Virus record (IMG/VR): IMGVR_UViG_3300026121_000008
Coordinates: 1-64,000 of that record
DNA: 64,000 nucleotides
Direction: 5' to 3' (one strand)
From: a virus
Taxonomy: Duplodnaviria > Caudoviricetes
Notes under the pieces: model-generated
Told to the model about the DNA's origin: nothing
The model's database searches: none
The model's input: only the letters and a program-made list of their open reading frames with translations
Part shown: one piece after another, positions 25,348 to 35,502 of the stretch
Layout: the number at the start of each line of letters is the position of its first letter
Numbering within the stretch: position 1 is the first letter of the stretch
Made by a program: the position numbers and the translations under genes

Positions 25348-26194
25348 CCTGACGAACGGGGTGGGCCTGCAGGTGGAGTTCGATCTGTTGCGCCGAGAGT
25401 TGGATGCGCTGGGCCATCAGGTGCAGGGGGTGCAGTTTAACGCTAAGCCGTTGCGGGTCCAGAAGGCCGACGTGAACCTGTTCCTTGAAGTGGTGGTGCC
25501 CCAGATCTTCCCTGCCGCTCCCAAGAATTGGGTGGCTCCGCATCCGGAGTGGTGGTTTGCGGACTGGGACCGACATCCGTTCGACCTTGTCCTTGCCAAG
25601 ACCCGTGATACGGAGCGGATCTTCCGAGCGAGAGTGGGGGATCGGTGTCAGTATGTCGGGTGGACGTCTCGTGATCTGTACAACGCCACCATCCCCCGAC
25701 AGCGGAGGTTTCTGCACGTCTCTGGCAAGTCCCAGATGAAGAACACCGCCACGGTGATTGCGGGCTGTCAGCATGCCGGAGTACCGTTGACGGTGATTGG
25801 AGAGCACACGGGGCAACTCCGACGCCGGGTGTCCGATGCCGACTTGAAAGTGCTCATGAATTCCCACTTTTGTCAGGTGATGCCCTCCGCGTATGAGGGG
25901 TACGGCCATGTGCTGCATGAGGCCCAAGGCTGTGGTCAGATCATCATCACGACTGATGCCCCGCCCATGAATGAGTTGAAGCCAGCGGTCCTGATTCCGA
26001 GTATCCATCAAGTGGCCCACCATGCGGGGATGCTGCACAAGGTGTCCGTCTCGGATGTGGCGCATGCCGTGAGGAAAGTCTTGGACTGGACGACTGAGGA
26101 GGTCCAGACCTATCACGACAAAGCCCGGATGCAGTACCTGCGGGATCAGCAGGCGTTCCGGCACACCCTCGTGGAGTTGGTAGGGCATGGATAG
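25325..26194 (+). CDS. GT-B (GT4-like) glycosyltransferase
   Basis: PSAYEGYGHVLHEA..IITTDAPPMNE nucleotide-sugar-binding motif. Confidence 0.8.
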   Translation: MKFNLISNLTNGVGLQVEFDLLRRELDALGHQVQGVQFNAKPLRVQKADVNLFLEVVVPQIFPAAPKNWVAPHPEWWFADWDRHPFDLVLAKTRDTERIFRARVGDRCQYVGWTSRDLYNATIPRQRRFLHVSGKSQMKNTATVIAGCQHAGVPLTVIGEHTGQLRRRVSDADLKVLMNSHFCQVMPSAYEGYGHVLHEAQGCGQIIITTDAPPMNELKPAVLIPSIHQVAHHAGMLHKVSVSDVAHAVRKVLDWTTEEVQTYHDKARMQYLRDQQAFRHTLVELVGHG

Positions 26195-26735
26195 GATCGT
26201 GTTCGATCATCATGGGAAGACGCACTCCCTGCACAATGCGCTGCAGTCGATTGCCATGCAGCGGCAGATTTATGCGTATCTGGAAGTCGGCGTGTGCTGG
26301 GGCTATTCACTGGAGACCATACTTCGGCAACAATTTCCTTCAAGACTGACGCTTTGCGATACGTGGGGCGGGGAGTACGGCGGGGAGTCCTTTGGGGGAC
26401 CGACGCACATCGAAGAACTGCTGGCCCGGATGGAGTACCCCTACCCGGTGACGTTTCTGAATGGCAACAGCCACGAGTTGCTGAAGACCGTCACGGACAC
26501 GTTTGATCTGATTCTGGTGGATGGGGATCATAGTCCAGAAGGAGCCCGCGAGGACTTGGAGGATTGTTGGTCGCTCCTGACACTGGAGGGGTTGCTGGTG
26601 TTCGATGACCTGAGCCATCCGAAGCATCCGGAACTGTATGACGTCTTCCGATCCTTCGCAGAGGATCAGTATGCCCGGATTGTGTATGAAGACTTGTCCC
26701 CGATGGGAGTCGGAGTCCTATGCAGAACATCCTAA
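26187..26735 (+). CDS. Class I SAM-dependent methyltransferase (Methyltransf_24-like)
   Basis: YLEVGVCWGYS..FDLILVDGDHS..LVFDD. Confidence 0.85.
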   Translation: MDRIVFDHHGKTHSLHNALQSIAMQRQIYAYLEVGVCWGYSLETILRQQFPSRLTLCDTWGGEYGGESFGGPTHIEELLARMEYPYPVTFLNGNSHELLKTVTDTFDLILVDGDHSPEGAREDLEDCWSLLTLEGLLVFDDLSHPKHPELYDVFRSFAEDQYARIVYEDLSPMGVGVLCRTS

Positions 26736-27487
26736 TTCTCCCTACTTTCGATAGACCCGAGATGCTCTGGCTCTGTCTGGACCATCTGGCGAAGAGCCCG
26801 GAGATTCACGAGGTCCAAATCAGGGTGTATGCGGACGCGCATGTGGGACAGGTCACGCCTAAAGCCGAGATTATCGAGGTAGCCAAGAAATTTCCGCAGT
26901 TGGATCTGCAAGTCTTCTCCCGGTCTCCCCATCAATTTCACGGCAACAGCTTCAACGTGCTGATGGCGTATAAGGAAGCCTACGAGTCGGACGCCCGCTA
27001 CGTGTTCATGGTCGAAGACGACGTGATGATCCACCCGGAGTTCTTTGCGTGGCACCGTCAGCAGCACGTTCAGCCGCTGTTTTGCAGCATTGCAGGGCCG
27101 AATCCGACGAAAGGCCCCTACACCTCGCTGGGGGTCTGTTTTGAACGGGACCGGCTCAAGATGGTGCTGCCACACTGTCGGGCAGAGTACTTTGGGAACA
27201 TGCGAGGCTATTGCAAATTCCATTTTCCCCCCACGAAGTATGACTGCGAGCAGGATGGGCTGTTCTGTCGTCTGCTGAGGATCAGTCAACGCCCGGTGGT
27301 GTGGGCGACTCCGCCTTTGGCGGACCATGTCGGTTGGTATGGCTACCACCGGAAGAAGAGTCCTCGTCCGACAGGGACGTTGGAGGAACGGTATCGTCAC
27401 ATCAAGCTTGTGCTTCGGAGTCAGACCACCTTAGATGCCATGTCCAAGGATTTTAAGGACGTGACGGCGTTGAGATTTTGCACTTGA
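26720..27487 (+). CDS. GT-A-fold glycosyltransferase
   Basis: ILPTFDRPEML..FMVEDDV..EQDG..HVGWYG. Confidence 0.7.
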   Translation: MQNILILPTFDRPEMLWLCLDHLAKSPEIHEVQIRVYADAHVGQVTPKAEIIEVAKKFPQLDLQVFSRSPHQFHGNSFNVLMAYKEAYESDARYVFMVEDDVMIHPEFFAWHRQQHVQPLFCSIAGPNPTKGPYTSLGVCFERDRLKMVLPHCRAEYFGNMRGYCKFHFPPTKYDCEQDGLFCRLLRISQRPVVWATPPLADHVGWYGYHRKKSPRPTGTLEERYRHIKLVLRSQTTLDAMSKDFKDVTALRFCT

Positions 27488-27600
27488 GTGCCGGTTGACA
27501 ATGTTGAGAATTGCTCTGAAGAATTGTTGACTTTGATCAACTGGTCTGCCAGAGTACTCGCGCAGCCGCACAGGTTGTCACGTTCAGAAGGAGAACGCTG

Positions 27601-28749
27601 ATGAGTATGGTAAATGTTTCTAACCTTGGGTTCGGCGGCACTGGCATTCCGGACGCCATGCCCAAGGCGATTGCCGAACTCCAAGGTCTTCGCTTGACAG
27701 TGGTAACCGGCGCAGCGGCAGGCACCGTGATGCCCGTTCCGGGAATGGACCCGGAGGACCATATCGGCGCAGCCGTGGATTTGACCACTCCTGCTGATAT
27801 TGCCGTGAACACGCTGACCATTCAAGGCCGGAATGCTCAGGCCACGATTACCGCCTTGAGCACCGCCGTGCAGGGGGACACCGTTGCCGTCAATGGCAAG
27901 GTGTACACCGTCAAAGACATCGTCGTGAGCACGAGCTACAATGCCCCTCCGGGGGTGATCCCCATCGATATCACCCCCAGCGGCACGGACCCAGAGGTGT
28001 TCGCGGAACGTCTGGCGAAAGCCATCATGTCCGGGGACAGCACGGTGACGGCGTCAGTCGGTCCCGACACGTCGTCCCCGCCGAAGATGGCCAAGGTCAC
28101 CGTGAAGGTGCGTCAACCCGGTACCGCAGGGAACAGCTACACCCTGTCAGAGACCGGCAATGCGGTCACCGTCTCCGGAGCGACGTTCACTGGCGGCACC
28201 GCGACAGGCAGTTCCGGATTCGTCAGCAGTGCCAGTCTGGCAGGCAAGAAGGTGCTGCTCCTCTGGTACGACAAGCGTCCCGGAGCCGCCACCAATCCGT
28301 TGCTCTTCCAAGCCATGGAAGCCACGGATCGGGACGAGAACTACGAACTGTCCATCACCGAGTTAGAGCCGAACTCCGCAGAAATCGGAGAAGAGAGCTT
28401 CACGTTGCATGTGCGGGGCACCGGGTTTGGTCCGGACGCCAAGATTGTGTTCAACGGACACGAAGAGCCCACCACGTTCGTCTCCCCAACCGAACTGACC
28501 ACGGGCGTCAACATGGACGTCTGGAAAGGTCCGTCAGAGCCCCTGCCCGTGAAAGTCGTGACCAAAGTCGGGGACGCCAGCAACGAAGAGATGTTCCAGT
28601 TCTATGCGGAGGGCGGCACGCCTGCTGGCCGCAAGAAGGACGAGAATGGCCGCGACCGTCAGGGTCGAGATCAAGGCCGGGGCAATTTGAACATCAAACC
28701 CGGACCCAGTGGACCCGGTGGTCCCGGCAAACCCAAGGTTGGCCGCTAA
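27601..28749 (+). CDS. Virion structural/decoration protein with C-terminal IPT/TIG-like domain
   Basis: T/G/A-rich beta composition; ITELEPNS..LHVRGTGF..IVFNG..TTFVSPTEL. Confidence 0.6.
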   Translation: MSMVNVSNLGFGGTGIPDAMPKAIAELQGLRLTVVTGAAAGTVMPVPGMDPEDHIGAAVDLTTPADIAVNTLTIQGRNAQATITALSTAVQGDTVAVNGKVYTVKDIVVSTSYNAPPGVIPIDITPSGTDPEVFAERLAKAIMSGDSTVTASVGPDTSSPPKMAKVTVKVRQPGTAGNSYTLSETGNAVTVSGATFTGGTATGSSGFVSSASLAGKKVLLLWYDKRPGAATNPLLFQAMEATDRDENYELSITELEPNSAEIGEESFTLHVRGTGFGPDAKIVFNGHEEPTTFVSPTELTTGVNMDVWKGPSEPLPVKVVTKVGDASNEEMFQFYAEGGTPAGRKKDENGRDRQGRDQGRGNLNIKPGPSGPGGPGKPKVGR

Positions 28750-28774
28750 CCGTTTCAGGACTTAGGAGACTCAG

Positions 28775-29602
28775 ATGCCAACTTTTGATGCGGCCAATTG
28801 GTACTTCAGCGGCCAAGGGGTCATTATGGTGGGGCGACGTGACCCCATCACTGGCAACCCCATCGGCTTGCGCCCGGTCGGCAACTGCCCGGACATGAAG
28901 CTCGGGGTCACGACCACGGTCGTGGACCACAAGGGCTCTCAGGACGGCCAGCGTGCGACGGACGCTCGTCTGCAGACCGAGATCAAGGTGTCCTGCTCCA
29001 TCACGGTGGAAAACTGGAACGCCAAGAACCTCGCAGAAGCCACCCGTGGCTCGGACACGCTCATCCCGATGGGCACGGTCACCAACGAAGACGTCCCGGC
29101 CTTCCCCGGTCTGGTCAGTTCCCTCCGGTACATCAAGGTCAACGGGGTGGTGGTCAAGCAGGGGGGAAGCACGCTCACCCAGTACACCGATGGCACCGTG
29201 CCGTGGGACTACAAGCTGAACCCGGAGGCGGGCTCCATCATGATGAACGACGGGATTTTGATGGACTATGCGGCGTATGCGGAAACGTCTCCGGCGTCAG
29301 AGGGGGACACACTCACGGTCAGCTACTCGTATGACGAGCAGTACGTGGTGGACTCCCTGACCCGTCCCATCACCGACAACTGGCTCCGCTTCGAGGGTCT
29401 CAACACCATCGAGGAGAACAGCCCGGTTATCGTGGACGTGTTCCGGTTCAGCAACGACCCGCTCAAGGAACTGGCCCTGTTGTCCGACACCTTCGGGCAG
29501 TTCGTGATCGAGGGCTCGGTCCTGAAGGACGATACCCGGTTGTATGGCTCCAACTACTTCAGCATCAAGAAGCTGAAGGCAGCAGCAGACAACGCTTTCT
29601 AA
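28775..29602 (+). CDS. Major tail (tube) protein
   Basis: YFSGQG..VGNCP..LRFEGLN..LALLSD; precedes chaperone and tape measure genes. Confidence 0.75.
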   Translation: MPTFDAANWYFSGQGVIMVGRRDPITGNPIGLRPVGNCPDMKLGVTTTVVDHKGSQDGQRATDARLQTEIKVSCSITVENWNAKNLAEATRGSDTLIPMGTVTNEDVPAFPGLVSSLRYIKVNGVVVKQGGSTLTQYTDGTVPWDYKLNPEAGSIMMNDGILMDYAAYAETSPASEGDTLTVSYSYDEQYVVDSLTRPITDNWLRFEGLNTIEENSPVIVDVFRFSNDPLKELALLSDTFGQFVIEGSVLKDDTRLYGSNYFSIKKLKAAADNAF

Positions 29603-29620
29603 GAGACACACGAGTTCGAC

Positions 29621-29654
29621 CGGGGTGGGTGGCGTGGTGCCATCTGCCCCGTTT
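29621..29654 (+). terminator. Terminator-like hairpin after the tail tube gene
   Basis: CGGGGTGGGTGGCG pairs with TGCCATCTGCCCCG (14 bp with G-U), followed by TTT. Confidence 0.55.
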
Positions 29655-29683
29655 AACAATGTAGGCCCCACAAGGAGTGCTGG

Positions 29684-30145
29684 ATGGCCAAGACCGTCGT
29701 AAAGATCGCAGATCTCGCCCAACTCGGACGCACCGTCGATATCTCCGACGACGAATCCATCAGAGTACGTGCGCTCAACCTTCGAGAGATGGTGGGGTTG
29801 TTCATCGAGTCACAAGATGTGTTTCTGCCGTTGTATGCGGCAGGAATTGACGGGAAGATTGATGCAGAGCATCTTGGTCCCTTCCTGCTTACGGCCCCAG
29901 AGGTCGTGGCCAAGATCATCGCTATGGCTTCCGATGAGCCAGAGTCGATGTTGATCATCCAACAGCGCATGCCTGCGACCGTGCAACTGATTGCCCTATC
30001 GGAGATTTGGAAAGCGTCAGTCCCGGATCAAAAAAAAGCGAGCCAGTTGTTATCCGAGGTGACCACACTGCTGCAAAAGCTCTCCGAAAAAGGCGAAGCC
30101 GTACCGCTGCCGACGTCTTCTCCGACGAGCTTACAACCGCAGTAG
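29684..30145 (+). CDS. Tail assembly chaperone (G)
   Basis: Between tail tube and tape measure; overlaps an ORF in the -1 frame. Confidence 0.75.
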   Translation: MAKTVVKIADLAQLGRTVDISDDESIRVRALNLREMVGLFIESQDVFLPLYAAGIDGKIDAEHLGPFLLTAPEVVAKIIAMASDEPESMLIIQQRMPATVQLIALSEIWKASVPDQKKASQLLSEVTTLLQKLSEKGEAVPLPTSSPTSLQPQ

Positions 30146-30342
30146 ACCTGTTGGTGGCCAACGGACATGGTCCCGAGGATGTGTGGGGCTATACGATTCG
30201 AGCCATACAGGTGTATGTGGACTTGATTGCTGTGCGTCTCCGCCGACAGTTGCATGATTGGACGGTCGCCATTCGCCATACGCAGGGCACCGATACCAAG
30301 GTGTTCCGGGAGTTTATGAACAGCTTGCAGGGAGAGGACTAG
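30030..30342 (+). CDS. Tail assembly chaperone frameshift extension (GT)
   Basis: A8 run at 30030-30037 (A AAA AAA in frame); the -1 frame is open to 30342 with DLLVANGH..VWGYT. Confidence 0.6.
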
Positions 30343-33300
30343 ATGCCTCCGACGTCAGCCGCGATGGAACTGAAAGTCCTCATCAACATCCTGTCGAGCG
30401 GGACCGCTCTGCAGTCGTTGGTGGCGCAGACCAATCAACTGTCTCAGGCTCTGACCAAGTTGCAGGCTCAGGCAGGGAGTGCCGGAGGGAACATCATTCC
30501 TCCCGGTTTGGGGATTCCCCCAGCAGCAAAGGCAGCAGAAGAATCTCTCATAAATCTTGAAGGGGCGTTCAACAAAGTTGTACGTGCCATTCGTTTGGTG
30601 ACTGGGGGGTTCCTCGCCTACCAGAGTGTTCGGTTCATCAAAGATATCGCAGATACGGCGGCAAGAGCTGAAGTGCTCCAGACGACCTTGCATGTCGTGG
30701 CCCTAAATGCCGGGGTGACGTCGGACGAGATTGACAAGCTCGATAAATCTGTTCAGCGAATGGGGATCACAGCGTCTTCCAGCCGTCAGTCGCTGGTGCA
30801 GATGCTCCAAGCTCGGTTGGACGTGAAGTGGGCTCCTCAACTGGCCCGTGCGGCTCAAGACCTAGCCGTCGTTTCTGGCATGAACTCGTCCGCCACGTTT
30901 CAACGGTTGATTCTGAACATCCAGCAGATTGATGCGTTGGGCTTGCGGTGGATGGGCGTCATGGTCTCCCGTGAACAGGCGGAAAAGCGATACGCGGAGG
31001 CCCAGCATACGACCGTCAGGGCTCTGTCCAGACGTCAACAAGTCGAAGCGTTCATGATCGAGACGTTGGAGCAACTCAAGACCCTTGAGGGGGCCTACGT
31101 TGCGGCCATGGGGGATGTGGGCAAGCAGCTTCTGTCTCTCGAACGTCTGACGACGACGCTGAAAGAAACATTGGGGGAGGCCCTGCTCCCCGTGTACTCG
31201 GCTCTGGTCGATGAACTAGGGCATTTCTATGAGCAGTTGATTGTCGTTGCACAGGTGACGACGGCCAATAAAGAAGGAGCGAAGACGCTCGGTGAGATTG
31301 TCCGGGGATGGGCGATCTCAATTCGTGAGTTTTCGATTACGGCTGTCAAATGGTTGTCGGACAACATCGAACTCGTGAAAAACCTCGTGAAGTGGGGCAT
31401 TGAACTCAAGCTCACGATCATGGGAATTCGGGCGTTGGTGTGGATCAGTTCGAGTGCCATTGCCTTTATCACCTTCCTGACGAATACGATTCGGGCGATT
31501 GCAGCGTTCCGGGCAGGAATGGTGGGGTTTTCGGCCATCATGGACATCATGAAGGCCAAGACGGTGCAGGCGGGGATTGCCCAGTTGGAATTGGCCACGG
31601 CTCAAAGGGCAGCAGCGGCCACTGCCGCGACCGCCGCGCAAGCCCAAGCGGCGTTGGCCCTTCAACAAGCTCAAGCCGCAGTTAGCGCGGGGACGGCCAC
31701 GATGGCCCAGCGAGGACTGGCCGCGAGTGTGACCGGGACGTCTACGGCAATCGCGTTGGTGCGAACGGCATGGCTCGGTCTCGCTGCGTTGGTGGCGGTG
31801 CCTATCATTGGGTATATCTACGTCAGGTATAAGGAGGCCCAAGAAGAATCGAAAAAACCCATCATGGAACGATTGATGGGCGTGAGTAAGATGGAAGATT
31901 TTAGCGGGCTCGCCCAATGGTCTGGAGAAGCGAAGAGACAGATCAACGCCCAGCGGGAATTTCTTTTTCATGAGTGGTTGTATCAGCACGAAGAACTTGT
32001 GAAGGCGATTGAGAAAGAGCAGGGAAAAACCATCATCCCTGCGTTGGTCAAGTTAGAGGAAAAAGGTCCGCTCCAAAAGATGTTCCTCGCAGAGGAGGCG
32101 ACGTATAAAGCGGATACCACTCAGCAGTCGTTGCTGGATCGTTTGATTCAGAAGAAGGCGGAAATCGATCAGGCGGCAACACTCGAAGAATCGACGCGGG
32201 GTACTGCTGCAAACGAGTCGGCCAAACGTCTCTTGGAAAGAAAAAATGCGGAATTAGAATTCATTCAAGCCCAATTTGTCAGCATCCACGGGACGAATGA
32301 GGCGGCAGCGGCGGAGGTCAAACTCTTCGAGGCGCAAAGCAAAAAGTGGGCCGCACAACGAGAAGTGTCGCGCACGCTGGAAGAACCGACAACAAAAGAA
32401 AACAGCATCAAAGCCACCGACGCCTTGGCCGAGGCGGTGAAAAACGAGAAAAATGCGTGGAGTGATCTGGAAGCGGCCATCCGTAGCAATGTCAAGTTAG
32501 ATCCCTACCAGCGGCAACAGCAAGTCGAGACCGCCGCACGAAACCGCCAACGTCGGGAAGATCAGGAGTTCGGAGATCGGGTGCGGGAGGCGAAGAAGCA
32601 ACTCGGGCTGGACAAGTTCACGTTCCCCTTGGGGGGCACGGATGATACCGAACTTGCGGCGTTTACGCAAGGAGCTAAGAATTTTGAATTGGTGCTGGAA
32701 GAGCGGACGAAGTCCCTTGCGTTGAAGACCCAAGCAGGAGCCGAACAGGCGAGGCAATCCGGGAAGACCCTGAAAGAGGCGTTGAAAGTCGTGTCCGAGT
32801 CCGTCACAGACGCCTCGTCTGCCGAATTTCGGGAGTTGGTCAATAAGTATATCGCGTCCACAGGAGACGTAGCCACCGCGACCACGGCTCTGGGCAGGGC
32901 CGCGCAAAATGCTCGACAAGCCCGATTGGCGTTCGCCGCTCCAGTTATCGCAGAACAGCGAGAAATTACCACGGATGCCACGAATAAGCGTATTGCTCAG
33001 GCCCAACGCACGGTCAACAGTCTTAACACGCAGGGACAGGTTCAGGGCAACGCCCTCGAAAATCTTCAACGACAGAATTTGATCCGGCTGGACGATTACT
33101 ATCGTCAACGGATGGATCGCATTAGGGAACAAGGGGAAGCGGAGATTAACCTTCAAGAAGAACAGATCAACCAAGCGTTGGAGTTACAGACACTGGCGAT
33201 CAAGTCGCGTGACCCGAAGCAGATCCGAGATGCAGAAGCGGCAGTCGCGAGGGAGCGGGAACAGGCCCGTGTGATTACCGGGAAAACGGAAGCCGAACTT

Positions 33301-34569
33301 GATAGGGAACGGCTCGACCGTGATGAGCGGCGTCGGGTGATGAACAAGGAGATCGAAGCGGGACTGATTGCTCAGAGTGCTCAATTTGGAGGGCAGAAGG
33401 AAGCCCTGATCCAATTGAACTACCAGTTGGATGAAGAGTACGACAAATTGTGGATTCTGGGGAATCCGCTGGCGGATCAACTCATCAAGATGAAGCGGCT
33501 CTCTGGTGAAGCAGAGATTGTCCGGAAAGAACGGGAACGCGCCCATCAGATTGAACTGGGGATTCAGACGGCCATCCAAGGCCAATTGGATTTACGACAG
33601 CAGATGCGGTCGGCTGAAGGAGCCAGTGACCGTCTGTTGAATCAACGGGGACGGATAACCGATGTGGAATTGACACGCCGGAACAATGAACGGGTACGAG
33701 AGGAAATGGCCGATAATCGGCAGCGACGACTGTCACAAGAAGAGCAACTGGCGAGTAACATTGTTGATTTCAAACGACAAGAAGGCGAATTGGTAATTCT
33801 GAGAGTCCAGCAAGGCTATGATGCCGTTGAGATCAATCAGCAGTTGCTTGTGCTGGAGCAGCAACATGCAGCGGCAATTCTCCAAAGTAAATTAGAGTTG
33901 GAGGGACTCAATACGGAATACGTAAACTTGGGGACTCAGATTGAACTCCAGAGTACCCGCATCCGAAAATCTATCGAAGATGGGTTCACTGACGCGATTA
34001 CCCGGACGATTGTCGATTTCAGGAAGGCCGGGGAAATCTGGAAACAGATGGCGAATCAGATCGTCAATGAGATTGTCAGCATTTTTGTGCGGTCTTTTGT
34101 GCAACGCGGCATCATCAATATGCTGGCGGCGTTTGGTGGCAGCGGTGGAACCGTGGGAAGCCTCGGTCGGGGATTCGTACCCGGTCGTGCTGAAGGCGGG
34201 GTTATCAGTGGCCCCGGTACCGGCACCAGCGATTCGGTGCCTGCGATGCTCTCCACGGGAGAGCACGTCATGCCTGCCTCCAAAACAGCCCAGTGGCTCC
34301 CCCTGCTGGAAGGTATCCGTCTGGGGAAGATCCTTCCCTCCTACGCCTTGGGCGGGGTGGTGGCGTTGCAATCAATTTCACTGCCTTCGGTCATCCCCCG
34401 TCGCTACGCCAACGGAGGCGTCGTGGTGTCTGATGGCGGGGCCTCTGCGGTGACCCCCGGAGGCGGTGGCCCCAGCAATATGGTGGTGTCCCTTCACCCG
34501 GATGCCATGAATATGACCCTCAGAGAGTGGTTGGAACACGAAGTCGTGCGTCAACAAGGGAGACGGTAA
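30343..34569 (+). CDS. Tape measure protein
   Basis: 1408 aa, Ala/Gln/Glu-rich helical; C-terminal GGVISGPGTGTSDSVPAMLSTGE motif. Confidence 0.9.
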   Translation: MPPTSAAMELKVLINILSSGTALQSLVAQTNQLSQALTKLQAQAGSAGGNIIPPGLGIPPAAKAAEESLINLEGAFNKVVRAIRLVTGGFLAYQSVRFIKDIADTAARAEVLQTTLHVVALNAGVTSDEIDKLDKSVQRMGITASSSRQSLVQMLQARLDVKWAPQLARAAQDLAVVSGMNSSATFQRLILNIQQIDALGLRWMGVMVSREQAEKRYAEAQHTTVRALSRRQQVEAFMIETLEQLKTLEGAYVAAMGDVGKQLLSLERLTTTLKETLGEALLPVYSALVDELGHFYEQLIVVAQVTTANKEGAKTLGEIVRGWAISIREFSITAVKWLSDNIELVKNLVKWGIELKLTIMGIRALVWISSSAIAFITFLTNTIRAIAAFRAGMVGFSAIMDIMKAKTVQAGIAQLELATAQRAAAATAATAAQAQAALALQQAQAAVSAGTATMAQRGLAASVTGTSTAIALVRTAWLGLAALVAVPIIGYIYVRYKEAQEESKKPIMERLMGVSKMEDFSGLAQWSGEAKRQINAQREFLFHEWLYQHEELVKAIEKEQGKTIIPALVKLEEKGPLQKMFLAEEATYKADTTQQSLLDRLIQKKAEIDQAATLEESTRGTAANESAKRLLERKNAELEFIQAQFVSIHGTNEAAAAEVKLFEAQSKKWAAQREVSRTLEEPTTKENSIKATDALAEAVKNEKNAWSDLEAAIRSNVKLDPYQRQQQVETAARNRQRREDQEFGDRVREAKKQLGLDKFTFPLGGTDDTELAAFTQGAKNFELVLEERTKSLALKTQAGAEQARQSGKTLKEALKVVSESVTDASSAEFRELVNKYIASTGDVATATTALGRAAQNARQARLAFAAPVIAEQREITTDATNKRIAQAQRTVNSLNTQGQVQGNALENLQRQNLIRLDDYYRQRMDRIREQGEAEINLQEEQINQALELQTLAIKSRDPKQIRDAEAAVAREREQARVITGKTEAELDRERLDRDERRRVMNKEIEAGLIAQSAQFGGQKEALIQLNYQLDEEYDKLWILGNPLADQLIKMKRLSGEAEIVRKERERAHQIELGIQTAIQGQLDLRQQMRSAEGASDRLLNQRGRITDVELTRRNNERVREEMADNRQRRLSQEEQLASNIVDFKRQEGELVILRVQQGYDAVEINQQLLVLEQQHAAAILQSKLELEGLNTEYVNLGTQIELQSTRIRKSIEDGFTDAITRTIVDFRKAGEIWKQMANQIVNEIVSIFVRSFVQRGIINMLAAFGGSGGTVGSLGRGFVPGRAEGGVISGPGTGTSDSVPAMLSTGEHVMPASKTAQWLPLLEGIRLGKILPSYALGGVVALQSISLPSVIPRRYANGGVVVSDGGASAVTPGGGGPSNMVVSLHPDAMNMTLREWLEHEVVRQQGRR

Positions 34570-34979
34570 TGCCACTGCAGTTTAGCGATACCCTGCGGAA
34601 CAACCGCATCAATCAGGTGGAGACGACCATCGGCAGCAGTCCGACCCTCCGCATCATGTCCGGAGCCATGCCTGCCAACTGTGCGGCGGCTGATGCGGGC
34701 ACGCTGCTGTGCTCGATGGTCCTGCCTGCCGACTGGCTCTCCAATGCCGCCTCTGGTGTCAAGTCCAAACAGGGGACGTGGACGGGCACTGCTGACGTGG
34801 CGGCAGGGGCAGGCACCAATGCAGGCTATTTCCGCCTGAAATCCGGAGCCACCACCCACTGTCAAGGCAACATCACGGTGTTCGGGGGAGGTGGGGCGAT
34901 GACCATCGATGACATCACGATCATTGCTGGCCAGCCGGTGAACGTGACGACCTTCGTCCTGACGGATGGCAACCCCTAG
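34569..34979 (+). CDS. Tail-associated structural protein
   Basis: TAATG overlap; GTNAGYFRL..QGNI pattern. Confidence 0.6.
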   Translation: MPLQFSDTLRNNRINQVETTIGSSPTLRIMSGAMPANCAAADAGTLLCSMVLPADWLSNAASGVKSKQGTWTGTADVAAGAGTNAGYFRLKSGATTHCQGNITVFGGGGAMTIDDITIIAGQPVNVTTFVLTDGNP

Positions 34980-34985
34980 CAGGCC

Positions 34986-35498
34986 ATGGCGAACAATCTG
35001 GACCTGACCCAGACCGCAGACCCCGTCGTACTGGCGGGGACCGTCGCCCAGCATGAGCGCAACGTCGCGTTGGACCAGACCTGTGCGGCGACCTTGTCGG
35101 GCATGTTGGTCAAGGACCGGGCTCTGCATTTTGATCAGACGTGTGCCCCGGTCGGACTGACGTTCACGGCAGGGCTGGGCCGGGTGTTCAAGTTCGATAG
35201 CTCGACGGCAGAAGCCCGACTGACATCGTGGGTCGAAGTGGGTGATCCCCCGCTCCGTCCGCCCCGAAAGCCGGGTCTGTACAATCTGACGGGACGGGTG
35301 CTGGATTCGGGCGGAGCCATCCTGTCGTTCATCGGCCCGCCTTGGAGATCGGTGGAGTGGCGCATTATCAGTGGCACCGGGACGCTGACGCCCTTCACCG
35401 CGTACACCGATGCCCTCGGTCGGAGTTCGTGTCGGTTTGATGCCGGGTGGCATGGGCACAAGGTCGTGGTCGTCGTCGGCGTAGCCTACGTTCCGTGA
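34986..35498 (+). CDS. Tail protein with Ig-like C-terminus
   Basis: VEW..GTGTL..TDALG Big_1-like motif. Confidence 0.5.
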   Translation: MANNLDLTQTADPVVLAGTVAQHERNVALDQTCAATLSGMLVKDRALHFDQTCAPVGLTFTAGLGRVFKFDSSTAEARLTSWVEVGDPPLRPPRKPGLYNLTGRVLDSGGAILSFIGPPWRSVEWRIISGTGTLTPFTAYTDALGRSSCRFDAGWHGHKVVVVVGVAYVP

Positions 35499-35502
35499 GG
35501 CG

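Noticed and set aside
27495-27525. TTGACA upstream of 27601 as a sigma70 promoter
   Set aside because: No convincing -10 at 16-18 bp spacing.
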